A DNA stretch of 32,190 nucleotides from a bacterium. Lineage in GTDB: Bacteria > Patescibacteriota > Minisyncoccia > Phycocordibacterales > Zambryskibacteraceae. The notes beneath the pieces are model-generated. The model saw only the letters and a list, made by a program, of their open reading frames with translations. It made no database searches and was not told the origin of the DNA. Where the stretch lies: NCBI GenBank assembly GCA_030674415.1, contig JAUSGP010000005.1:1-32190 (forward strand), written 5' to 3'. Positions 24,770 through 32,190 of this stretch are shown here, in pieces. Numbering within the stretch: the first letter of the stretch is position 1; each line of letters begins with the position of its first letter. A program made the translations under genes and the position numbers.

Positions 24770-25501
24770 ATGCGTTGGAATCTTGCATTAGCGTTTTCAG
24801 TATCACTTCTCCTCGTCGGATACGCTTCTTGGTCTCGCTTCACCACCGCGAGTACGACCACGCCTAATCTCATTGCCGTGGAATCGCAAGCAACGAATGA
24901 GGCTGACTATCAGGAAATTCTCAATGACTTCCTGGAGCCGAAGGCCACTTCTTCCACACCCGTGGTAACACAAGCCCAGCCACTCACCAAGACAGACATG
25001 CTTAGCCGAGAGCTTTTCTCGGACTATATAGGACTTGCCGGCAGTGGGCAGGCTACCGAGGGTACCATTACCGCTCTGGCGAATAAGTATGTAGAGAATC
25101 TTCCCAAGCTCAATTCAACCGAAGTTGTGAGCTTTTCAGATCTTCGAGTAGTGTCCAATACTAAGGCTAACTTCCAGAAATATGCCGAGGAGTTTGCCGA
25201 GATCGAGAACACATTCGCCGAAGCTCTCGGCTCCAATGATTCACCATTAAGTTTCAGCAAAGCATATACTGTGGCCGCCAAAAGCTTGAAAAAAACTGGT
25301 GTTCCTTCTGCTCTAACTTCCCAACATTTACAGCTTATCAATAGCTATCTCTTAAGCAGTACAGGAATGGAGGTTCTGTCCCGGATGGATAGCGATCCGA
25401 CTACTGCCTTCTCCGGCTTGGTAGCAGTGAATGAAGATTTAGAAAAAGAAGCCCAACTTATTAAGAATATTACGGATATTCTTAAGTCAAATGGAATATA
25501 A
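24770..25501 (+). CDS. Exported/membrane-anchored hypothetical protein
   Basis: N-terminal hydrophobic segment; 243 aa. Confidence 0.8.
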   Translation: MRWNLALAFSVSLLLVGYASWSRFTTASTTTPNLIAVESQATNEADYQEILNDFLEPKATSSTPVVTQAQPLTKTDMLSRELFSDYIGLAGSGQATEGTITALANKYVENLPKLNSTEVVSFSDLRVVSNTKANFQKYAEEFAEIENTFAEALGSNDSPLSFSKAYTVAAKSLKKTGVPSALTSQHLQLINSYLLSSTGMEVLSRMDSDPTTAFSGLVAVNEDLEKEAQLIKNITDILKSNGI

Positions 25502-25511
25502 TTTAAATAAA

Positions 25512-26957
25512 ATGTTCGCGAAACGTTCATTTACTTTTCTGGTAATTATCTCTCTTCTTTCCGTAAACTTTTTACCCATCTTCACCCCTAGAGCAGAAGC
25601 TCAATTCGGAGGAATTGTGCACGACCCTATTATAGGAGCTCTTGTGGCTGCCGAAAAAGTTTACAAACTTGCCAAAGATAAGCTCGATTCCGTGGCAATG
25701 ATAGCGGCGAGACTAGCAATACAGCAGATAGTAAATTCTACAGTGAGATGGGCGCAGAGCGGCTTCGACGGCAACCCGGCTTATATGACCGACCCACGGC
25801 AATATTTTACTGACATGGGTGATGGAATCGCGGGAGACTTTATTGGCGGACCCAAGAGCCCGCTCAATTTCCTTTGTTCGCCATTCCAAACCCAGATACG
25901 ACTATCACTGCGCAATCAATACCTGCAGGATAATCAGTTCCAATGCACCCTGACTGATGTCGTCGCTAATATTGACGCTTTCTACAATGACTTCAGCCAA
26001 GGCGGCTGGGATGGGTGGTTTGCCATGACGCAAAACAGTTCTAACAACCCTTATGGGGCCTATCTCGACGCCCAAATCGAACTGGATTCGCGTATTGCCA
26101 GCGCTGCTGGCTTGAAACAGGATCAGCTCAACAGAAGTAGTGGTTTTCTTTCTTGGGAAGAATGCAAGCCAGAATATATTTTGACCCAGCAAGATATAGA
26201 CAACAGCTACGGAGAATACTATGACAATAATAAAGGCAGGTATTACCAAGCGGGGGATTGTTACGATGACGGATCGGGAAGCAGCAAGACGACGGTGACG
26301 CCTGGTCCTATTATCAAAAGCGGACTGGACAAGGTACTGCCTTCCGGCCTAGAGAGCTTAATCACCGTTAACCATATTGAGCAATTAATAGAAGCTTTTG
26401 CTACTGGCGTACTCAATAAGTATGTGTTCGGCTCTCAAGGCCTTTTTGGCAAAGGCCCAGGGTTACCTACTGATAGACCGAAGGGTGGTCCGGCGGGGGG
26501 TGATCCGGGTAGCGGAGTTGTTGGGGTAGATATAGATGGTGATGGGCTTAATGACATTATCGACAGCGATGGAGACGGAAATATAGATAATTGCCTCTAC
26601 GATGGTGAGTACCCAAGTTGCAAAGGCTCAAAGGAAGCGGCTGCCAATAGCAGTACGATCTGGGGTTACATCTTCGAAGATACGAATAGAAACGGCACAC
26701 AAGATAGCGGGGAATCGCGCCCCTCCGGCATAACGGTTCGTATCAAATCAGCAGACGGCGAGACTGAATTGGGTACTAGCCAAACTTATAACGGCCTCTA
26801 CTCGTTCGCCAATCTGGCAAATGGACAAACTTATAAAGCGGAGGTCATCGTCCCATCCGGTTACGTGACGACCTCGCCCAATGACGTCTCTGTCACGGCC
26901 AATCCTCTGGTCCCGAACCAGCCGGTCAAGAACTTTGGCATCGCTCCTGAACAATGA
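25512..26957 (+). CDS. Secreted protein with DxDGDG Ca-binding repeats and SdrD B-like C-terminal domain
   Basis: Signal peptide ending AEA; DIDGDG and DSDGDG; IWGYIFEDTNRNGTQDSGE. Confidence 0.8.
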   Translation: MFAKRSFTFLVIISLLSVNFLPIFTPRAEAQFGGIVHDPIIGALVAAEKVYKLAKDKLDSVAMIAARLAIQQIVNSTVRWAQSGFDGNPAYMTDPRQYFTDMGDGIAGDFIGGPKSPLNFLCSPFQTQIRLSLRNQYLQDNQFQCTLTDVVANIDAFYNDFSQGGWDGWFAMTQNSSNNPYGAYLDAQIELDSRIASAAGLKQDQLNRSSGFLSWEECKPEYILTQQDIDNSYGEYYDNNKGRYYQAGDCYDDGSGSSKTTVTPGPIIKSGLDKVLPSGLESLITVNHIEQLIEAFATGVLNKYVFGSQGLFGKGPGLPTDRPKGGPAGGDPGSGVVGVDIDGDGLNDIIDSDGDGNIDNCLYDGEYPSCKGSKEAAANSSTIWGYIFEDTNRNGTQDSGESRPSGITVRIKSADGETELGTSQTYNGLYSFANLANGQTYKAEVIVPSGYVTTSPNDVSVTANPLVPNQPVKNFGIAPEQ

Positions 26958-29116
26958 TGAAAAAACTTTTACCAAAAATTTCTGGATTCATTCTGACCTT
27001 CGCGGTTTTTTTTGCGGTGGGTGGGTTTGTTTTTTATAGCCATCTAGAAGCACATGTAATAGACCCGATCCCAGCAGGTGGATGCCCAGCAGGCCATAGT
27101 AAGGTCGACATTGTTGAGGGTGATGTCATAAATTCGTTTTGCGAGGATGGTACACCAGAAGAGGCACAGAACTCGGTCAATAATGCTGTTGGGGCTAGCG
27201 GTTTATGGGCCGGGTTAGCAAATGCTGTCGCCTTTATCCCTGGAGTGATTTCTATAGGCATATTGAAAATTGCGAGCCTCCTCACTTATCTGGCTGGCGC
27301 TCTCTTGAATCTCGTAGTGCAATATTCTGTTGTTGACATGAAAAAACATTTTGATGAAGCAGATGCTGTCAACAATGCTTGGAAAGTCATCCGGGATGTT
27401 TCTAATATGACTTTCATCTTCGTTCTTCTCTACGCGGCTATCAAAACTATTCTTGGAATAGGAACTGACACCAAGAAACTGATCGTCAATATCGTAGTGG
27501 TGGCGATACTCGTCAACTTCAGCCTTTTCTTTACCAAATTTGTGATTGATGTTTCGAACGTCCTTGCCGTAACTTTCTACGACGCCATTGCTCCGGGAGC
27601 GCTTACTAGCACTGCAACAGGTTTATTGGGTAAAACAGGAATAGCCGACAGCCTAATGCAGCCGCTCGGTGTTCAATCTATTTGGAATACTACGGGCTTA
27701 AGTGGGACCAAAATACTCACTGTGGGAGTCATGGGTACTATTGTGACTCTGATCGCCGCCTTCGTCTTCTTCGCCATAGCTATCATGTTTATCATTCGTT
27801 TTGTTGTACTTATATTTGTACTGATACTCTCGCCAATCGCTTTCATCGCCTTTATCCTCCCTCAAGCGGAGAAATATCGAAAGCAATGGTCTGAGGCACT
27901 TATCGGGCAGGCATTCTTTGCTCCTATTTACTTTATGCTGACTTGGATAGTGATAGTGGTTTCCCGCGGGTTACTTCGGAGCGGTGGCAATCTGAGTCTG
28001 GCTGATGCCCTTGGTGGCACAATTGGAGCAGGCGGTCAGGCGCAAGCTCCGACTCCTGAAAATCTCGCAATCTTGATGAACTTTATTATCATGATCGTCC
28101 TTCTTATCGCTTCTCTGATAATAGCAAAAGAATGGTCCAACAAAGCCGGTTCTGGAGTAGCGGGGCTAACCAAATGGGCTACTGGTGCGGCGGGGGGAGT
28201 AACTTTGGGTATGGCGGGGAGATTTGGCAGAGGTACATTTGGTCGGGCTGGAACAGCTATATCAGAGAATGAAAGGCTCAAAACCGCTGCTTCTAAGGGT
28301 GGTGTTGGTGGAATGGCTGCGAGACTTGCCTTGGCCACAACCAGAAAAACTGGTGGCGCAAGCTTTGATGTTAGAGGTAGTGCCCTTGGCGGCCAGCTAG
28401 ATGCCGGTAAGGCACAAGCAGGCGGGTTTGCAAAAGATCTTAAGGATAAAACGGAAGCTGAAAAGAAATACGCCGATTCTCTTAAACCTTCTGAATTAAT
28501 TGTCGCAGCAGCTGAACGAAAACTTGAGGAGACAAAGAAAACGGGAAGTGTTGGAGATGTTGCTAGAGCTCAAGCAGAAGTAGACAGAATAAAGGGTGCT
28601 AGTGAAGAGGATATACGCAATAGAAAGATTAAAGAATTTAGAGCTCAGGGCCTTAACAAAAAAGCAGCGAGAGCCCAGGTGGATAAACTTGAGGATATGA
28701 GATTAAAGAGAATTAATGAACTGAGAAATGCTGGTAAAACAGAAACGGAAGCAAAAGAACAAGCCAAAACAGAAAAAATTGGCTGGGAAGCGGAAAAAGT
28801 TAAGGGTCTAGGTGTAGAAAGAAAAGAGGCTTATGCAAAAGAAAAAGAAACTTCGACCACATTAAATATACCGCTACCTAGGGGCAAGGTAATACCATTT
28901 AGCTTTTCTGGTCGAGTGGGTATGGTTGGTAAAATTAAGAGAGAAAGACTCGAGGAAGCCATTGCTATTAGAAAGAGTGTTAAAGAAAAGAAACCGGCAG
29001 AAAAAATTGCAGAGGAGATAAAAAATCAGAGTGAATCTGCTGCTGATACTAGCGGACCAGAACCAACAGCGCCACCGACACCATCTACTGGAGGAGGAAC
29101 ACCACCAACAACATGA
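26954..29116 (+). CDS. Polytopic membrane protein, VirB6/TrbL-like
   Basis: WKVIRD..N, ILVNFSLF, IRFVVL...LSPIAF; Gly/Ala-rich and charged tail; upstream of PrgI/VirB4-like genes. Confidence 0.7.
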   Translation: MMKKLLPKISGFILTFAVFFAVGGFVFYSHLEAHVIDPIPAGGCPAGHSKVDIVEGDVINSFCEDGTPEEAQNSVNNAVGASGLWAGLANAVAFIPGVISIGILKIASLLTYLAGALLNLVVQYSVVDMKKHFDEADAVNNAWKVIRDVSNMTFIFVLLYAAIKTILGIGTDTKKLIVNIVVVAILVNFSLFFTKFVIDVSNVLAVTFYDAIAPGALTSTATGLLGKTGIADSLMQPLGVQSIWNTTGLSGTKILTVGVMGTIVTLIAAFVFFAIAIMFIIRFVVLIFVLILSPIAFIAFILPQAEKYRKQWSEALIGQAFFAPIYFMLTWIVIVVSRGLLRSGGNLSLADALGGTIGAGGQAQAPTPENLAILMNFIIMIVLLIASLIIAKEWSNKAGSGVAGLTKWATGAAGGVTLGMAGRFGRGTFGRAGTAISENERLKTAASKGGVGGMAARLALATTRKTGGASFDVRGSALGGQLDAGKAQAGGFAKDLKDKTEAEKKYADSLKPSELIVAAAERKLEETKKTGSVGDVARAQAEVDRIKGASEEDIRNRKIKEFRAQGLNKKAARAQVDKLEDMRLKRINELRNAGKTETEAKEQAKTEKIGWEAEKVKGLGVERKEAYAKEKETSTTLNIPLPRGKVIPFSFSGRVGMVGKIKRERLEEAIAIRKSVKEKKPAEKIAEEIKNQSESAADTSGPEPTAPPTPSTGGGTPPTT

Positions 29117-29661
29117 ACGAAACAGATAAACTCATAACAGATCAGTTTGATAGATTGCCTAAACCGCTTCAGCAAGCGATTAATACTGTGCCGTGGAAAT
29201 CTTCGGTTAACGAAATTTCTTTACTTAAAACATTACCTTTAGAGCAGATTGCAACCGTTGAAAGAGAGACCATGTTTATCATCTACGGCTTCGAGAATCC
29301 AGATGATTACATTGCAAATATTATGCGCGAAGCGCAAATCGATGAAGCAACCGCCACAGCTATTGCCGAAGAAGTTAATGAGAAAGTGCTTAATGTAATA
29401 GCTCTCAAAGCAGAAGAATTTGAGAAGCAAGGTCCGACGACAGTTACTGCATCGGTCCCAGAAATCTCTCCGCACAACCTGCCGATGGTCGAACCGGGGG
29501 GGACGGTGCATGATGTACCACACACAGAACCAACGACTAACGACCAACGACTAACGACAGAAAGCCAGAAACAATCTTGGGTACGAAAACCGTGGAATGC
29601 GTCAGTGCCCACCTATAAATACCCAGGCGGGAAAGACCCGTACCATGAGCCACTACAATAA
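29113..29661 (+). CDS. Hypothetical protein (C-terminal DPYxEP motif)
   Basis: QFDRLPKPLQQAI ... DPYHEP; ATGA-coupled to the upstream gene. Confidence 0.8.
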   Translation: MNETDKLITDQFDRLPKPLQQAINTVPWKSSVNEISLLKTLPLEQIATVERETMFIIYGFENPDDYIANIMREAQIDEATATAIAEEVNEKVLNVIALKAEEFEKQGPTTVTASVPEISPHNLPMVEPGGTVHDVPHTEPTTNDQRLTTESQKQSWVRKPWNASVPTYKYPGGKDPYHEPLQ

Positions 29662-29704
29662 CCGCCTATTGTAGTGGCGAATAACGAATGATGAATAAGG
29701 AATA

Positions 29705-30085
29705 ATGAATGAACTCGACATTCAGATAAAAAAGATTGAAAAATTCCAAGACTTAGATGCTTGGAAAGAGGGTCACAAGCTTGTCATAGAGGTATACAAA
29801 ATTTCTCGTCTATTCCCCAAAGAAGAATCCTTCGGCCTTACTAGCCAGATCCGGCGCGCGGTAGTCTCAGTTACTTCTAATATTGCAGAGGGATTTGGCA
29901 GGCAATCATATAAAGACAAGAATAACTTTTACCAAATGGCTTTTGGCTCTATAATTGAAGTGCGGAATCAATTGCTTATTTCAAGAGATGTTGGTTACAT
30001 AAATCAGTCAAATTTTGAGACTCTTGATAACCAGGCAATAAAAGTTGAGAAAATCTGCAGAGGACTAATTAAAAAAATCTCGTGA
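29705..30085 (+). CDS. Four helix bundle protein (23S rRNA IVP family)
   Basis: FQDLDAW...FPKEESFGLTSQIRRAVVSVTSNIAEG. Confidence 0.93.
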   Translation: MNELDIQIKKIEKFQDLDAWKEGHKLVIEVYKISRLFPKEESFGLTSQIRRAVVSVTSNIAEGFGRQSYKDKNNFYQMAFGSIIEVRNQLLISRDVGYINQSNFETLDNQAIKVEKICRGLIKKIS

Positions 30086-30149
30086 ATTCTATTCATAATT
30101 CCTTATTCTCTATTCCTTATTCATTATTCATTATTCGTTATTCATCCCC

Positions 30150-30593
30150 ATGAGATTCCAAGTCCCACAATTTATCGAAGTAGAAGACAAGATTTTCGGC
30201 CCTTTTACCTTCAAGCAGTTCATCTATCTGGCCGGCGGGGTCGGTGCGGCGGTCGTGCTCTACACTCTTCTACCTAAATTCCTGGCCATTTTACTTGCCT
30301 TGCCTATACTCGTCTTCGCCGCCGCGCTCACTTTCTATAAGCCAAACGATAAACCATTTATCCACTTAGTCGAAGCCTTTTTCAATTACACTCTCACTAA
30401 TAAGCTTTATATTTGGAAAAAGGAAGATAAACCAATAAACAATAGACAAGAAACAATGAACAATAAGCCCTTGGAGCAGGTTTACGTCCCCAAGCTTTCT
30501 GAATCTAAGTTAAAAGATCTGTCGTGGAGTCTGGATATCAAAGAGAATCGGAATCCTGTAACCCAGGATTCCGATTCTCTGACCAACAACTAA
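30150..30593 (+). CDS. PrgI family protein
   Basis: FQVPQFIEVEDKIFGPFTFKQF plus two TM segments. Confidence 0.85.
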   Translation: MRFQVPQFIEVEDKIFGPFTFKQFIYLAGGVGAAVVLYTLLPKFLAILLALPILVFAAALTFYKPNDKPFIHLVEAFFNYTLTNKLYIWKKEDKPINNRQETMNNKPLEQVYVPKLSESKLKDLSWSLDIKENRNPVTQDSDSLTNN

Positions 30594-30611
30594 CAACCGG
30601 CGACCTACAAC

Positions 30612-30971
30612 ATGAAGCAATTCAGGTTCCGCGAATGGAAAGTGTACCAAGATGCCCATAGACTTTTCTCCCTCCTTTTAAAAGTAGTTAAGAAGTTACC
30701 GAAAGAATATAGATTTGAACTAGGAAGTCAGCTTGTAAGATCCAGCTCATCTATCCTCCTAAATATTGCTGAGGGTAGCGGGAAACAATCAGAAAAAGAG
30801 CTTAATAGGTTTATCGAAACAGCACTTGGCTCCGCCTACGAAACTCTGGCAAATATCGATATTCTTAGGTTTAATAATTTGATTGAGGAAAAAGATTTTG
30901 GGGACGCACAACAAATAATTACTGATATTTGCAGTCAACTTGGCGCTTTTAAGAAAAAGTTGGATTTATGA
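30612..30971 (+). CDS. Four helix bundle protein (second copy)
   Basis: FREWKVYQ...LPKEYRFELGSQLVRSSSSILLNIAEG. Confidence 0.92.
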   Translation: MKQFRFREWKVYQDAHRLFSLLLKVVKKLPKEYRFELGSQLVRSSSSILLNIAEGSGKQSEKELNRFIETALGSAYETLANIDILRFNNLIEEKDFGDAQQIITDICSQLGAFKKKLDL

Positions 30972-31017
30972 GTAAGCTGTTGGTAGTAGGTTGTCGGTTG
31001 TAGGTTATAATAAACGC

Positions 31018-31668
31018 ATGGCTGCGGCAACTAACGCTACTCAAGAGTTTGTTCCTATTAAAGAAGTTCGAGATGGCATCGTCATCCTTAAGGACGGTGG
31101 CATGCGCGCCATCCTGCTCTGCTCCTCGCTCAACTTCTCGCTCAAAGGGGAGGATGAGAGGAACGCGATCCTGCTCCAGTTCCAAGACTTTCTCAACTCG
31201 CTCGACTTTTCTATCGAGATATTAGTTCAATCCCGCAAATTAGACATCCGCCCTTACCTCGCGCTCCTCGAAGCGCAGGAGGGTAAGCAGACCAACAGCC
31301 TGCTGAAGATTCAGGTACGGGAATATATCGAGTTCATCAAGAATTTCACCGAGAATACCAATATTATGACCAAGCACTTCTTCATCGTGGTGCCTTATAG
31401 CCCATCTACACTCGGATCGGCCACAGCGGGAGGGGTGCTCTCGAGCCTGGGCCTGGGTAAGAAGGAGACTCCAGCAATCAAAGCGGAGAAAAAGGAGGGA
31501 AGCTTCGATGAGAGTCGAAGTCAGCTCGAAGAGCGCCTTTCGGTAGTCGAGCAAGGACTGGTGCGCACGGGTATTAGAATCGCGAGATTAGGAACTGAAG
31601 AGGTTATAGAACTATTTTATAAAGCATTCAATCCCGGAGAAACCGAAAAACCGATTAAGATAAATTAG
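31018..31668 (+). CDS. VirB4/TraC-associated protein
   Basis: TQEFVPIKEVRDG...SSLNFSLK...FLNSLDF; lies between PrgI and the VirB4-like ATPase. Confidence 0.75.
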   Translation: MAAATNATQEFVPIKEVRDGIVILKDGGMRAILLCSSLNFSLKGEDERNAILLQFQDFLNSLDFSIEILVQSRKLDIRPYLALLEAQEGKQTNSLLKIQVREYIEFIKNFTENTNIMTKHFFIVVPYSPSTLGSATAGGVLSSLGLGKKETPAIKAEKKEGSFDESRSQLEERLSVVEQGLVRTGIRIARLGTEEVIELFYKAFNPGETEKPIKIN

Positions 31669-31669
31669 T

Positions 31670-32190
31670 ATGAGTATTTTTGATAAAATTTTAGGGAAAA
31701 AGGAGAAGGAACAAGAGATTAGTTCCATCTTGCCTCAAGAAATCTTTGAAGCTGGAGTTTTGGAGCTTAAAGATATCATCGCTCCATCGGCGCTGAAGGT
31801 TACACCTAAGGAGATTAACCTGGGCGAGAAAATCTTGCGCAGTTTCTTCGTCATCTCGTATCCGCGCTTCCTCTCGGAAGGCTGGTTCTCCCCGATAATC
31901 AATATGGATAAGGTCTTCGACGTCGCGATCTTCGTTCACCCGATCGAGACTTCAAAAGTTTTGCACCAATTCCAACGCAAGGTCGCCGAGGTCCAGAGTC
32001 AGATCCACACAAGGGAAGAGAAGGGCTTGGTGCGCGACCCGATGCTCGACGTCGCCTACCAGGACCTCGAGAACCTGCGCGACCAGCTCCAACAAGCGCA
32101 GGAGAAACTCTTTGACGTCGGGCTCTATATCACTATTTATGGCGACTCTGACTCCGAGCTCGATAAGGTCGAAACCGAGATTAAGAGTAT
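31670..32190 (+). CDS. VirB4-like secretion ATPase, N-terminal part (runs off the window end)
   Basis: Manual translation: MSIFDKILG...LKDIIAPSAL...SYPRFLSEGWFSPIIN. No stop seen before the window end; follows PrgI. Confidence 0.75.
   Translation, partial: MSIFDKILGKKEKEQEISSILPQEIFEAGVLELKDIIAPSALKVTPKEINLGEKILRSFFVISYPRFLSEGWFSPIINMDKVFDVAIFVHPIETSKVLHQFQRKVAEVQSQIHTREEKGLVRDPMLDVAYQDLENLRDQLQQAQEKLFDVGLYITIYGDSDSELDKVETEIKS

Noticed and set aside
29705-30971. Diversity-generating retroelement (Avd-like four-helix proteins)
   Set aside because: No reverse transcriptase or TR/VR repeat pair seen in the window.
24770-32190. Conjugative element / ICE
   Set aside because: No relaxase, integrase or boundaries are visible. 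The locus directly follows pcrA-rsmA and resembles the chromosomal VirB4/PrgI locus common in CPR bacteria.
1-32190. Genome-wide stop-codon reassignment
   Set aside because: TAG, TGA and TAA all terminate recognisable genes at expected lengths (e.g. pcrA TAG, rsmA TGA, clpP TAA), and conserved genes have no internal stops.

Overview
This looks like a Patescibacteria (CPR)/Parcubacteria-type chromosome segment, inferred from gene content and many apparently leaderless genes. Housekeeping and typical genes include rny (partial), clpP, ppa, nusA, rpsO, a NYN protein, a DksA/TraR protein, comM/yifB, a LysM-M23 peptidase, pcrA, rsmA, a Phd/RelE-type toxin-antitoxin pair, two TrmB-like regulators, and a VirB4/PrgI/VirB6-like membrane locus interrupted by two four-helix-bundle genes. 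The standout is an ~8.5 kb array (about 2166-10680) behind one near-consensus sigma70 promoter. It holds ~16 small, unrelated, Shine-Dalgarno-led ORFs interleaved with families of repeated structured non-coding modules. These are 12 copies of a hairpin/long palindrome/overlapping hairpin element, 3 copies of a ~200-nt pseudoknot module, 2 type III hammerhead ribozymes, and 6-7 copies of a small CGT-loop hairpin. Most modules end in the same heptamer, GTTCTTT (17 exact + strand copies, BoxA-like). The array also holds an unannotated ArfA-like peptide and an SD-led start-stop minigene; two similar minigenes lie in the adjacent divergent unit. No integrase, recombinase or reverse transcriptase is present in the window, so the mechanism is unresolved. 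It could be an RNA-processed or antiterminated polycistron, or an integron-like cassette array.
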